A stretch of DNA of 64,000 nt from a virus (Duplodnaviria > Caudoviricetes). This document shows positions 28,613 through 37,743 of this stretch, in pieces. The translations under genes were made by a program, and so were the position numbers. The notes beneath the pieces are model-generated. The model did no database searches. It was not told the DNA's origin and saw nothing but the letters and a program-made list of their open reading frames with translations. The stretch lies in the IMG/VR virus record IMGVR_UViG_3300010150_000009, positions 47,596 through 111,595 of that record; one strand, written 5' to 3'. How positions within the stretch are numbered: position 1 is the stretch's first letter; every line of letters starts with the position of its first letter.

Positions 28613-28909
28613 CTACACTTCCAAGTTAGTATTAGGCACGGTCCAAGAGCCATATTGACCACAGTCAACTAACACTCTTGATCTCTTCACTTCCTTAATA
28701 TACCCTGCCATCTTAGGCGGTACTTTGCCTCTGTGAGTCTTGCGTCCAGTTCTTACTACGACCTTGTCGCCTATCTTTAGTGACTTCATAATACCACTAC
28801 CTTTCCGTCTACGGTGCATCATGATAGTCTGTTGGGCTGATTCAAGTTCTTTTAGGGTCATTTCTTCAAAGTCTATATTCATAAACTTTTTATAAGTGTT
28901 GCTCATCAT
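28613..28909 (-). CDS. Hypothetical protein (SH3/KOW-like)
   Basis: LKIGDKVVV...GYIKEVKRSRVLVD...WTVP. Confidence 0.65.
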   Translation of the reverse strand: MMSNTYKKFMNIDFEEMTLKELESAQQTIMMHRRRKGSGIMKSLKIGDKVVVRTGRKTHRGKVPPKMAGYIKEVKRSRVLVDCGQYGSWTVPNTNLEV

Positions 28910-28915
28910 AATTAA

Positions 28916-29104
28916 TTACCAAGCGTCGTTTTTCCAAGTGTAATAGTTAAGCCTTAATTTGGCTACTTCCCCATCAAAGTTTTCCGTCAAATATTTGGTA
29001 AACTTCTTTGGAGTCATTTCAGGACAGTCGTCCGCAATCCAGATACGATCTACTTCAAAGTAAAGATCAACGTCTGACATTTTTTTGGGGTCAATTTTAT
29101 TCAT
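28916..29104 (-). CDS. Hypothetical protein
   Basis: 62-aa ORF in the array. Confidence 0.55.
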   Translation of the reverse strand: MNKIDPKKMSDVDLYFEVDRIWIADDCPEMTPKKFTKYLTENFDGEVAKLRLNYYTWKNDAW

Positions 29105-29114
29105 AATTTTTCTG

Positions 29115-29405
29115 CTAACGTTTTTTAACTGGGCCGCCTTTCATAATTCCAGATTTCATAAATTTACCGATCCAGGTACCAATTAGCGCACCTAAGCCAA
29201 TGGAAACTGCAACCCCAACTCCATTTTCGACGGCTTTTTGCCGTTCTAATTCGGCTTTTTGCCGTTCTAATTCGGCTTTTTGCCGTTCTAATTGTTGGAA
29301 ACGTAATTGCTCCAAATACGATCTTTCTTGTTCTAGTTTCAACAATTGTTGTTTTTGAATTTCCAACTGTTGTTTTTGAATTTCTTGTTCAATATCGTTA
29401 CTCAT
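29115..29405 (-). CDS. Coiled-coil protein with C-terminal glycine-zipper TM segment
   Basis: Start after GGAGGAG. Q/E-rich heptads, GVGVAVSIGLGALIGTWIG. Confidence 0.65.
   Translation of the reverse strand: MSNDIEQEIQKQQLEIQKQQLLKLEQERSYLEQLRFQQLERQKAELERQKAELERQKAVENGVGVAVSIGLGALIGTWIGKFMKSGIMKGGPVKKR
29231..29293. repeat. Tandem repeat 3 x 21 bp (coding, ELERQKA heptad)
   Basis: cggctttttgccgttctaatt three times. Confidence 0.9.
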
Positions 29406-29826
29406 GTTCTCCTCCAGGTCCTCGTCCATATCCACCAAAATATTGTGGCCTGCGTCTGGCAGTTTCAAACGTGCCAACGGTGATTGCAATTGCTCCAAGT
29501 AATGCTACATGAGCAACGGTACTAATACCAAATGCGGTCCAACTGCCCGTGATAATACCAAACACAATACACCACAACCATGCTAACAATTGCATAATCG
29601 TATGCCGTGTACGCAGGTCTGGAATTTGACTTAGTGGATTTTTATTATGATTCATTACCACATTCCAACAATCATATACCCATTCCCTCATTGATCTCAC
29701 CTTTTTGAATATCACTTTGATAGGATAATAAGCGTCAATATCATCTCGGTATTCAATTGCATCAAAGACGTTATGAAACTTTTTTGATATCTTTCTGTCT
29801 CTGAAATATGCGGTAACTCTATACAT
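29398..29826 (-). CDS. Hypothetical membrane protein
   Basis: NPLSQIPD..QLLAWLWCIVF..HVALLGAIAITVGTF. Possible internal start at MREW. Confidence 0.65.
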   Translation of the reverse strand: MYRVTAYFRDRKISKKFHNVFDAIEYRDDIDAYYPIKVIFKKVRSMREWVYDCWNVVMNHNKNPLSQIPDLRTRHTIMQLLAWLWCIVFGIITGSWTAFGISTVAHVALLGAIAITVGTFETARRRPQYFGGYGRGPGGEHE

Positions 29827-30212
29827 TAGCAAAAGTTTCCTCTTGATTTATGACCACCAGCACTGAGTGGGGTACCTGCCCGATCTAGGGCATAGTGGTA
29901 ACATGGATGCACCTGCTGAATTTCTTGGCCGTGCATACGCAATTCGATCTCGGGTATCATGGCAAGAATGTAATCGAGAATACGCTCATAACCGGTGTAG
30001 GAGCAATCTTCGGGGTTCTCAAAATGTTCTCCGTTCATTGCCTCAATTGCATACTTTGGATCTCCCATCACCTTCTCAATTGACTTGAGCAGATTGTAAG
30101 GGTGACCATCTTCAGTCTCAAGGTCAATAATCCAATCAGGGCCACTGTCACCAAATCGTTTTGGGTAGGGTGTCATAGTCATTATTTTAATACTCCGGAG
30201 ATATGTGGCCAT
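29826..30212 (-). CDS. Hypothetical protein
   Basis: 128-aa ORF in the array. Confidence 0.55.
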   Translation of the reverse strand: MATYLRSIKIMTMTPYPKRFGDSGPDWIIDLETEDGHPYNLLKSIEKVMGDPKYAIEAMNGEHFENPEDCSYTGYERILDYILAMIPEIELRMHGQEIQQVHPCYHYALDRAGTPLSAGGHKSRGNFC

Positions 30213-30400
30213 TCGCTCAGTTTACGCATAAATTTAGCAAACTCATTCGGATCTTCTGACCGAGTATCTACCCACTGATTCCAGAGAAACGCATCCCAGA
30301 AGGCAGGAACTTGAGGACAGTCCTGACTCATAAGGTGTTTGAACTCGGCCTGACTCATTGGAACCTTATATTCTTTCGCCATGTAAGATTTATTAATCAT
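30182..30400 (-). CDS. Hypothetical protein
   Basis: 72-aa ORF coupled by TAATG. Confidence 0.55.
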   Translation of the reverse strand: MINKSYMAKEYKVPMSQAEFKHLMSQDCPQVPAFWDAFLWNQWVDTRSEDPNEFAKFMRKLSEWPHISGVLK

Positions 30401-30948
30401 TACGCTGTCAACTCCTGAAGCATATTATACGCTTCTTGTCGTGAAAGACTCATGTTACGATGGTCCTTCTTAGTGATACAAAACAAGGCCCATAACTGCT
30501 TCTTGGTTGCCTCGCCTTCGAGATTGGTCCACTTCTTCGTAGACTTCTTTTTAGCCTTAGGCTTAGAGCCTTTCGCAGTCTTAGCCGGCTCGTATACATA
30601 TGGCTGATCCCACTTGCCGAGATTGATGTCCACATACCAACCAACATCAAAGTAGTCCGTCATAATGTCGGAGTTATCGTGGTTACCGGTGTTGAGCAGT
30701 TTTTTGGCTTTGAGCAAAAACTCCTTGGCTTTACCAGTCCAATTATTTTCAATCCAGTATACATTAACCTGTCGGTTATAGTCATCAGCATTGCTGGATT
30801 TATTGAAATCAATGGCACCGGACTTAATAGTGAGCACTACAGATCTGTGATCGCGTACGGATAACGATCCTTTTAGTCCATACTCTTTCAGCAATTTCTT
30901 CATCTCTGGTTGGACTGCCTTTTTCATTTCTTGACTGTAGTATGCCAT
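30400..30948 (-). CDS. Conserved hypothetical phage early protein
   Basis: MAYYSQE..GSLSVRDH..NHDNSDIMTDYFDVGWY, plus a basic linker and an ATKKQLWAL tail. Confidence 0.75.
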   Translation of the reverse strand: MAYYSQEMKKAVQPEMKKLLKEYGLKGSLSVRDHRSVVLTIKSGAIDFNKSSNADDYNRQVNVYWIENNWTGKAKEFLLKAKKLLNTGNHDNSDIMTDYFDVGWYVDINLGKWDQPYVYEPAKTAKGSKPKAKKKSTKKWTNLEGEATKKQLWALFCITKKDHRNMSLSRQEAYNMLQELTA

Positions 30949-30954
30949 TTCTTT

Positions 30955-31045
30955 TCCTTTGTTTCTTTAGCGTATATAATATATTATACAGTATTTGGCA
31001 GAAATGTCACGAAAAAAGTTGCTCTAAGTGCTTGATTTATAAGGA
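30955..31045 (-). promoter_or_regulatory. Repeat promoter C with IHF-consensus box and shared leader
   Basis: AATCAAGCACTTA ... GTGACA-16-TATAAT, then leader ATATACGCTAAAGAAACAAAGGAA. Confidence 0.72.
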
Positions 31046-31093
31046 GTTTTAAAATATAGGTGTATTTTTAGCCAAATATGCCCAAAATCAGCA

Positions 31094-32212
31094 TTAATCC
31101 TCACGCTTTCCGGTGCCATAATCAATGACTACCGGAAATCTCGGGACACCGTCATTACTTAATTCAAAGAATCTGCAGGTCGCCCAATCTGGCTTTTTCT
31201 TAGATTCGAGCAATTCTCTCAATTGATTCTGCGAACCTCTAACGCCACTGCTAAAGGTTCTGCCATCTGGCAATTTCAGCGTAAACTTTTTAGCATAGCC
31301 GGTCCATGACCCTTGTCCTTCCTCAACTGCTACGACATCAAATTCTTCAGTAATGAATTCCTTTCGCTTCAGTAATCCGTTACTTCGTTTACATTCGTAT
31401 TTGACATTCTGTCGGATCATTTGGCCTTCATACCCTGCCTCTGTATATTTGCCATACATTTCATTAATCTTGGCAGTGTCCTTACATTTGGTAGTCTTTA
31501 CTAAAACAACGCCTGGCCCTTCAACATTGTCTACGAGCCATTTTGCTCGGTCGGTAAAAATCATATTCTCATTGTCACGATCAAACATGTCATAGATATG
31601 ATACTCAACCAACTCAGCACTCTCAGCAATTTCCTCTGGGCGGCATTTTAGTTTCCTGACCAAACTGGTGATCTTCTGAAAGTCTGCTTTCAGTTTATGA
31701 TTGTAAAGTTCACCATCCAGGACAATGTTTGGATTGGCTTTGATTATATGCTTTAAACTTTCCCAGATATGCGGGCAACTATTAATAGCCTTGCCGGCTC
31801 GAGTATGCATACCGTTCTTATCAACAATACATCGAATGCCATCTAACTTTGGTTGGGTGTACCCGCTATCAACTGGCTTCTTTGTGAAGTCGTGTGCTAA
31901 CATAGGCTTAAACAACTCGTAACTATCAACGTCTTTTTTCTTGGCAAAGTATTCTTTGTCTGCCTTTTTGGTCCATTGTGCCTGCGCTTCAAACTCGGCC
32001 TGTCCCTTAGCCGTCGTTGCGTTTACTTTGCCAACGTTTTTAGCCACGCACATATTCCATCCACTAGTGACCTTTTCGCCGTCGACTAGTCCACTTACAC
32101 TTCGAATGCCGGCGACATTTTCATTGTCAAATCCGACTTCCACAGTCCAAATACGGAGTTTGCCTTTACTGTCGCGTTTATATAACGGCTTTAGGCTTTT
32201 AACATTCTTCAT
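31094..32212 (-). CDS. ATP-dependent DNA ligase
   Basis: KPMLAH, QPKLDGIRC (KxDG), LDGELY, YEGQMIR, LLKRK, PRFP. Confidence 0.93.
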   Translation of the reverse strand: MKNVKSLKPLYKRDSKGKLRIWTVEVGFDNENVAGIRSVSGLVDGEKVTSGWNMCVAKNVGKVNATTAKGQAEFEAQAQWTKKADKEYFAKKKDVDSYELFKPMLAHDFTKKPVDSGYTQPKLDGIRCIVDKNGMHTRAGKAINSCPHIWESLKHIIKANPNIVLDGELYNHKLKADFQKITSLVRKLKCRPEEIAESAELVEYHIYDMFDRDNENMIFTDRAKWLVDNVEGPGVVLVKTTKCKDTAKINEMYGKYTEAGYEGQMIRQNVKYECKRSNGLLKRKEFITEEFDVVAVEEGQGSWTGYAKKFTLKLPDGRTFSSGVRGSQNQLRELLESKKKPDWATCRFFELSNDGVPRFPVVIDYGTGKRED

Positions 32213-32700
32213 GCCACTGCCCCGTATATCTGTTCATAGGATTTTTTACTACCATCCTTATAAACATACATGGCAGTACCATGCTCTGTTCCCCCGTTAC
32301 CATCGAACACCTTGGTGTGAACAACACCAGTGATGTCAGCGTCGGCGTTTTCGTTCCAAGACCAATCTCGAGGAATATTCATCGTCGCTTGAAACCCGTC
32401 CTCGGTTTCGATTATTTTCCACGGATGTTCCCACTCCTCGCCAACGGGCTCAAAATCATCAAGGAGTTCCCAAGTGACCACATACTCCTCAAACGCTTCA
32501 TTGGCGGTAGTTACCGCTTTTTCTACACGTCCAAGAATACCACCTGGCTGGGTAGCCATAATGGCGTCATTGGGAGACAAGTGTTCGACAAGATAAATCT
32601 CGCCACCCTTGTTTTTCCAACGTTGGGGGCATTCACCCTCACCGTCCCAAGCATGGGCGCCATAATTTTCGAGAATCTGTGTATAAATTGCGAGTTTCAT
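32209..32700 (-). CDS. Hypothetical phage early protein
   Basis: TQILENYGAHAWDGEGECPQRWKNKGG. Follows repeat promoter D. Confidence 0.72.
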   Translation of the reverse strand: MKLAIYTQILENYGAHAWDGEGECPQRWKNKGGEIYLVEHLSPNDAIMATQPGGILGRVEKAVTTANEAFEEYVVTWELLDDFEPVGEEWEHPWKIIETEDGFQATMNIPRDWSWNENADADITGVVHTKVFDGNGGTEHGTAMYVYKDGSKKSYEQIYGAVA

Positions 32701-32708
32701 ATTTCTAC

Positions 32709-32795
32709 CTGTTTCTTTAACCTGTATACATATTATGGCATAAAGCCGCAGAAATGTACAGAAAAAAAGCGCTCTAAGTTATTGATTTTAAAGGG
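32709..32795 (-). promoter_or_regulatory. Repeat promoter D with IHF-consensus box
   Basis: AATCAATAACTTA ... TGTACA-17-CATAAT, then leader TAAAGAAACAGG. Confidence 0.68.
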
Positions 32796-32808
32796 AAAAT
32801 AAAAACTT

Positions 32809-33228
32809 TTAAGAATTCAATGAAATTTTCATTGATTCTACTACTTTCGCAAGGGATTGTCCGCTTAGATAGAACATTGTGGCCAATTTTTCATCAAAGA
32901 TTGAGATCTTCATTGCTTTCTGCAATTTACCCAATTTATTAGAGTGTATGAAATATGGGCTTGGAAGGTAATGGTCTAAGTCTAGATACAGATGCAGTTT
33001 TCCTTGATAATCATCTATGTCTAAATCAAACATATACTCTTTTAATTGCAACTCTTTTGTAATAGTTAGATAACCGGGTTTAGTGAGTCTCAACCCTTGG
33101 GTAGTTTCTTCTCTAATATTAAACCACCAAAAGTCGAGATATTTTTTTCTATTTACTTCGTTATCTTCAATATTCAACAAGTTAAAAAATTTTAATGTAT
33201 AATCAATTTTAGTTATTTTGTTATTCAC
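32809..33228 (-). CDS. Hypothetical phage protein
   Basis: WWFNIR..GLRLTKPGY..LDHYLPSPYF. Confidence 0.7.
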   Translation of the reverse strand: MNNKITKIDYTLKFFNLLNIEDNEVNRKKYLDFWWFNIREETTQGLRLTKPGYLTITKELQLKEYMFDLDIDDYQGKLHLYLDLDHYLPSPYFIHSNKLGKLQKAMKISIFDEKLATMFYLSGQSLAKVVESMKISLNS

Positions 33229-33514
33229 TTGGCTTTACTTTTTTGCCTTTGGACAATAAGAAAACTTCAAACTTGTCTGTTTTAAATTGGGAATTTAATT
33301 TTTTGGCTAAGTTGTGTGCGTGACCTGGATTTCCGAATGCCATCCGTTTATACTTTGGTCCAGGGTAATTAACCAATAAATTGCTTGTTTTAAGATTGAT
33401 TGGCTGACCATTATAAAACACTGTCCAAATTCCTTCTACTTCTAATATTTGGTCTGATTTATATGTGTCTTTGTTAATGTGTTCAAGTAGAACAGTAGGT
33501 TTTGGCCTGCTCAT
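33221..33514 (-). CDS. Conserved hypothetical large-phage protein
   Basis: MSRPKPTVLLE..WTVFYNGQPINLK..YKRMAFGNPGHAHNLAKKLN. Confidence 0.75.
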   Translation of the reverse strand: MSRPKPTVLLEHINKDTYKSDQILEVEGIWTVFYNGQPINLKTSNLLVNYPGPKYKRMAFGNPGHAHNLAKKLNSQFKTDKFEVFLLSKGKKVKPSE

Positions 33515-33578
33515 AATTAATCTGAATCTCCATAATATAATATGTATACATTATATTTATCACAGATTAATTAATTTT

Positions 33579-33821
33579 TTACTTGAAGTCTCCAGCGTCA
33601 AACCTAACATCTATTACATTGTCCGCAAGTTTTTCTTGTTGCAGTCTGATAATTTCTTCTTGGCAAGAAGCAATGTGTGTTAAAAGAACAGCCAAACAAT
33701 GCTCTAAATCTTGACAGTGTTGTTTACCTATTCTTAACTCACTTTGCCCGCTATGGCGAATGCCTGCTATCTGTTGTAGCAAGTTTTCAATAGGTCTTAA
33801 ATTAAGTTGAGTGCTTGGCAT
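33579..33821 (-). CDS. Hypothetical protein
   Basis: 80-aa ORF ending VRFDAGDF. Confidence 0.6.
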   Translation of the reverse strand: MPSTQLNLRPIENLLQQIAGIRHSGQSELRIGKQHCQDLEHCLAVLLTHIASCQEEIIRLQQEKLADNVIDVRFDAGDFK

Positions 33822-34293
33822 ACTTTAGTGCTTCCTTAGCATCCTCGGCAGTTTTGTAAGGGCCTTTATAACCATATCGATCCAACGTAATAAGTTTGGG
33901 ACAAGAGGCAGTAGTCCATCCAATCTTAGTAAAATTAATAATGTAATGTCCCGCGCAAAACCAACACTTGCTATCTTCTCTTTTATTAAACATAGGAAGT
34001 TTTCGGTTAAGGTCATATATTACATTAAACGCCTTTTTGGAATTAATTGGATATCCGTGTACCTCTTTTTGAGTATATGTAGCCGCAACATCACTTGCTT
34101 GATGCTTAATAAAACGGATCGGATATTTGTCTAATAATGTTTTCTTAGAATTAAACGCAATTTTTCGGCCGTGGTCAGTAACAACATAATGAGAATCTCC
34201 AATTCTATTAAGTAGTCCTACGCTTTCGCCGTTTCGCGATAAAATCCAAAATCTGTCCTTAACTAATGGTTTTGCTAGTGTGTCTTCAGTCAT
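33802..34293 (-). CDS. Hypothetical phage protein
   Basis: Start MTEDTLAKP after AGAAC/AAGG. FCAGHY..CPKLITL.RYGYKGPYKT. Confidence 0.7.
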   Translation of the reverse strand: MTEDTLAKPLVKDRFWILSRNGESVGLLNRIGDSHYVVTDHGRKIAFNSKKTLLDKYPIRFIKHQASDVAATYTQKEVHGYPINSKKAFNVIYDLNRKLPMFNKREDSKCWFCAGHYIINFTKIGWTTASCPKLITLDRYGYKGPYKTAEDAKEALKYAKHST

Positions 34294-34612
34294 TGTGTTC
34301 TTCCTTTGTTGGTACGCATCCAATAACAATATAATAGATAAAATTAACAAGCGGAATGAATACCAAAATAAATGCCCATTGGCTCCATCCTGCGTCTCGG
34401 TTGCGTCTTGCTAATGTTGCAATTGACGGAATAAAAACCCCCAATATTAGTATAACATAAAACGGGCCTGTCGCGACCGTGGGAAACAACATCAAATCGA
34501 GAATGGTTACAATAATTGAAGCAATAATAACAAATAAAAACAATCCCCAATATTCTTCTCTATTCGCTCTTCCAGTAAAGTCTGCGTATTTTTTAAGTGC
34601 TGTGAATAACAT
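34286..34612 (-). CDS. DUF805 family inner membrane protein
   Basis: KKYADFTGRANREEYW..PSIATLARRNRDAGWS..IPLVN. Confidence 0.85.
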   Translation of the reverse strand: MLFTALKKYADFTGRANREEYWGLFLFVIIASIIVTILDLMLFPTVATGPFYVILILGVFIPSIATLARRNRDAGWSQWAFILVFIPLVNFIYYIVIGCVPTKEEHND

Positions 34613-34613
34613 A

Positions 34614-34889
34614 TTATCTCCCTATGTCCTTAATACAATCCTTACTAATAACTTGATAAGCACCTTTGTTATAAGCAGGAGCAATTGTGTGTTGTGTGGT
34701 TTTCATCGAATCTCTCTTAGGTGCCATTGCAACGCGAGAATTCAAAGAGGGCCAGTTATTGCTTCGCGTTTCATAGGAAGGAATAGTTAGGACTTTTGAC
34801 GGTCCAATTTTTGTTCGCTTTCTACCAGCCACTGCTTGTCTACGCTTCTTACGCGCGGCCTTCACTTGTCTTTCTTGGTATGTGCTCAT
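34614..34889 (-). CDS. Basic hypothetical phage protein
   Basis: Ends TIAPAYNKGAYQVIS..KDIGR. Confidence 0.7.
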   Translation of the reverse strand: MSTYQERQVKAARKKRRQAVAGRKRTKIGPSKVLTIPSYETRSNNWPSLNSRVAMAPKRDSMKTTQHTIAPAYNKGAYQVISKDCIKDIGR

Positions 34890-34922
34890 GTTTTAATACT
34901 ATTAAATATTAGATACATTACT

Positions 34923-34951
34923 AGTATAAATGAAATATAGAAGATTGTCAA
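34923..34951 (-). promoter_or_regulatory. Sigma70-type promoter
   Basis: TTGACA-17-TATACT. Confidence 0.7.
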
Positions 34952-34975
34952 GATAAACGGGTTATCTTTTTCTTT

Positions 34976-35248
34976 TTAATCTTTCTTTTTATTTGAGGGA
35001 ATTCTATGATCTTCATCTAGATGGCCAATATCTGCTTTAAGCACATCTCTATACTCGTCCCAGTATTTCTTGTGTGCTTCTTTATGGATTACTTTAGCAA
35101 GTTCTGCTTGGCGATCACGATACTCGCCCTGCTCAAGCCAGTACTCCTTGTCCGTGTATCCTGATTTATTAACCTTTGCCATGAACTCTCTTTGCTTCTT
35201 AATAAGTTCTTCGATTGCTTTTTGCTTTTCTGTTTTCTTCTTCGGCAT
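34976..35248 (-). CDS. Hypothetical protein
   Basis: Coupled to the RNase H gene (TAATG). Confidence 0.6.
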   Translation of the reverse strand: MPKKKTEKQKAIEELIKKQREFMAKVNKSGYTDKEYWLEQGEYRDRQAELAKVIHKEAHKKYWDEYRDVLKADIGHLDEDHRIPSNKKKD

Positions 35249-36213
35249 TATGGATAACTTGCATTTAGTAAATCGCCAAACTTTTGAGATTCATCTCCTA
35301 GTTTTTGAAGATTGTGTTTACCGCAAAATTTCAAAAAGTGTACACCAACACTACTATTTTTCTTAGACTCTATCTCTCCAATAGTCTCGTCTATTACGCC
35401 ACGAATCTCTTCGGGCTGTGCTGTAAGATCAACTAGTGTGCGATTACGCTCATAGTCGTCTTTTACACGGTGTTCTTCTTCGTTATGATCTACCCAACGT
35501 TGAAGCATCATATTGTTCCAAACATAACCTTTGTTATGTCTGTCCTCAAACGCCTCACGTAATACTGTTTTACGAACACGCGGATAAGCAGTGAAAACGT
35601 TATCGCTTGGATCACCTCGCATACATTTTTCAAACAATAACCATTCTGGATTAGGTATCTCTTTAGGCTCTTTAGTTTTCTTATCAATTACCATATTGCC
35701 TTTTTTATCAAAGATGCCTTCTATAGTAATTAACTGATCGCTAATGCCGTTATATTGTTTAACATTAGTGCCTAACAGTTGATAAAAGTCGCTGTCACTA
35801 CTAATAATGAAGTGTTCGTCGTTTGGATGTCCTTGTATAAAACCAGCAATAAGATCATCCGCTTCAAGCACTGGATTTTGTATTACAGTACAGTTAGTTT
35901 TGTTTCGTAGGAATGTAGTAAAATCTTCGTACACTTCCCAAAATAGTTTATCTTCTTCCTGCTCTCTTTCAGTGAGTGCTTGTCGTGCTACTGCTCTATT
36001 CTTTTTGTATGGCTCATAAAAGGATTTACGCCAACTTCTACCTTCCAAACAAAATATAACGTGATCAGTGTCAAACTCTCTCCATACTTTGGCAACTGAT
36101 GCTAGGGTTACGTGGATAGCAAGACCTAATTTGGTATCGGTGTCGACGCTTTTAGCGACAACATGTCTTGCTCTAAAAAACATATTAGCGGTGTCTATTA
36201 ATAGATATTTCAT
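35248..36213 (-). CDS. rnh: T4 RNase H-like 5'-3' exonuclease
   Basis: LLIDTAN, SWRK..YKKNR, EADDLI, ISSDSDFYQL, GDPSDNV, ERNRTLVDL. Confidence 0.9.
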   Translation of the reverse strand: MKYLLIDTANMFFRARHVVAKSVDTDTKLGLAIHVTLASVAKVWREFDTDHVIFCLEGRSWRKSFYEPYKKNRAVARQALTEREQEEDKLFWEVYEDFTTFLRNKTNCTVIQNPVLEADDLIAGFIQGHPNDEHFIISSDSDFYQLLGTNVKQYNGISDQLITIEGIFDKKGNMVIDKKTKEPKEIPNPEWLLFEKCMRGDPSDNVFTAYPRVRKTVLREAFEDRHNKGYVWNNMMLQRWVDHNEEEHRVKDDYERNRTLVDLTAQPEEIRGVIDETIGEIESKKNSSVGVHFLKFCGKHNLQKLGDESQKFGDLLNASYP

Positions 36214-36222
36214 CTAATTTTT

Positions 36223-36384
36223 TTAACCTTCTGCTTTTGCCATTGCTCTAGACCAATAGCGATTGATAATTTCTTCGATATCCTTTTCTGTAAACGAACT
36301 AGGAAGATCATAGCCCTTAACTATTAGCCAGATGGTGTTGGCTAATTCTTTATCTAATTTTTTGTCTAAATTACTAGACGACAT
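36223..36384 (-). CDS. Small hypothetical protein (53 aa; not in ORF track)
   Basis: MSSSNLDKKLDKELANTIWLIVKGYDLP...RAMAKAEG fills the gap. Confidence 0.5.
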   Translation of the reverse strand: MSSSNLDKKLDKELANTIWLIVKGYDLPSSFTEKDIEEIINRYWSRAMAKAEG

Positions 36385-36410
36385 ATATAATTTGATTCCT
36401 GTAATTTAAA

Positions 36411-36451
36411 AGAAAGTAGGACGACTATCTTTGAATAGTCGCCCACCTTCT
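36411..36451 (-). terminator. Probable terminator hairpin
   Basis: gacgactat..atagtcgcc stem followed by TTTCTTTT on the minus strand. Confidence 0.5.
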
Positions 36452-36465
36452 AAAAGTAAGCGATA

Positions 36466-36699
36466 TTACTTTTTCGTAAATAGCCAATAAAGAACCCAAA
36501 TCGCTACTAAGCCAACAAGTCCGTTGCTACCTAGTGAATTTACAAGTCCGATAATGTTACCTACAACATCGCCTGGCAAAAATGCTACACCAGGACCAAA
36601 AATAACTTGTAGAACTACTGCTAGTGAAACTAGAGCAACACCTACTTCAGTTAATTTTCTTACCCAGCCTAATGCCGTTTCAACGATATTTCCAGCCAT
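36466..36699 (-). CDS. Small membrane protein
   Basis: Strong SD AGGAGG. Hydrophobic, LGSNGLVGLVAIWVLY. Confidence 0.75.
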   Translation of the reverse strand: MAGNIVETALGWVRKLTEVGVALVSLAVVLQVIFGPGVAFLPGDVVGNIIGLVNSLGSNGLVGLVAIWVLYWLFTKK

Positions 36700-36746
36700 A
36701 TCTAACCTCCTTTGGTTGTTATGATATAATTAATTATATCTCTTTC

Positions 36747-36775
36747 AGCATAACATATTACACTATCTGTGTCAA
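36747..36775 (-). promoter_or_regulatory. Sigma70-type promoter
   Basis: TTGACA-17-TATGCT. Confidence 0.6.
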
Positions 36776-37357
36776 GCGATTTAGTAGTATTCTAGTCCAT
36801 CTTTTATGCCCATTTACGCCAAAATACTCAGTTCCTGGGTTAAAATCAATATTCTGCGCTTTTAACTGAGAAACCATAGTACCATTAGGGTTATATGGAT
36901 CGATGAACGAGTCTCCAAAATCGTATTGATTTTGTGGTGTAATATTTAGATGCTCTTGTGTATTAAACATAATATGAATAACTTTCATATTTGTTAGTTT
37001 TTCATGTAAATCTATTACATCTCGGTGTGTGCCTGTGTTCCATTTCTCAAAACCAATTATTGCTACTGTATCCTCAGGGCGAGGTTTTCTTATAAGGTAG
37101 TCTAATGCGTGGAACATAATAGTTTGATTGTCCCACTCTGGTTTAGAGATTAAAAAAGTTCCTATCTGCATTACAGGAGAAATTCCTGCCCAAAAAGCAT
37201 TGGCTTTATTGTCGGGATGGGGTTCGTCCCTTAGAGCAAGTTGCATAGGATCGTCGTCTGCTCTGAGATAGTCATTTACGCATTTAGCACCGCTAGTGTG
37301 AGATCCGCCAACGCATATAATAGAATTTATTAGGTTATTAGTTGATTTGCGAAACAT
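36758..37357 (-). CDS. Degenerate SGNH-like protein
   Basis: GGSHTSG near the N-terminus, YFGVNGHKRW near the C-terminus. Confidence 0.55.
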   Translation of the reverse strand: MFRKSTNNLINSIICVGGSHTSGAKCVNDYLRADDDPMQLALRDEPHPDNKANAFWAGISPVMQIGTFLISKPEWDNQTIMFHALDYLIRKPRPEDTVAIIGFEKWNTGTHRDVIDLHEKLTNMKVIHIMFNTQEHLNITPQNQYDFGDSFIDPYNPNGTMVSQLKAQNIDFNPGTEYFGVNGHKRWTRILLNRLTQIV

Positions 37358-37362
37358 TAATT

Positions 37363-37743
37363 CTATTTATATTCGCGCTTGCCGCCTTCGATATCCCGCA
37401 TTTGTATGTTAACGTTACTGCCTACTACGTCTTCGTCGTATGTTTCCATAGCAATTTGCCTACATAAGTCTTGAAACCATTGATCTACTATTTCTTCGTC
37501 TGTATCACCTACTAAACCGTGTCGTCGCAACATTCCTACAAACGGTTCATTCCAATCTAATTCAAATGCACCATTGCGTGGGTTTTCACTGTCAATCTCT
37601 ACATCAACAATAGTAAACCACGGCTCGCCTTTCTTTGTTGCTTTTTGTTTAGGTGTTAACCTTTTCTTAGTTTCTTTTAATGGTTCCGATGCTATTTCGG
37701 TTTCACTACCAAACATATCTTTTATTTTATCAAATACACTCAT
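37363..37743 (-). CDS. Conserved hypothetical phage protein
   Basis: KQKATKKGEPW..NGAFELDWNEPFV..EEIVDQWFQDLCR. Coupled to queE. Confidence 0.72.
   Translation of the reverse strand: MSVFDKIKDMFGSETEIASEPLKETKKRLTPKQKATKKGEPWFTIVDVEIDSENPRNGAFELDWNEPFVGMLRRHGLVGDTDEEIVDQWFQDLCRQIAMETYDEDVVGSNVNIQMRDIEGGKREYK

Noticed and set aside
32281-32802. Antisense ORFs such as 32281..32802, 54665..55102, 20956..21387 and 31941..32333
   Set aside because: They are shadow ORFs opposite well-supported genes, with no motifs or RBS.
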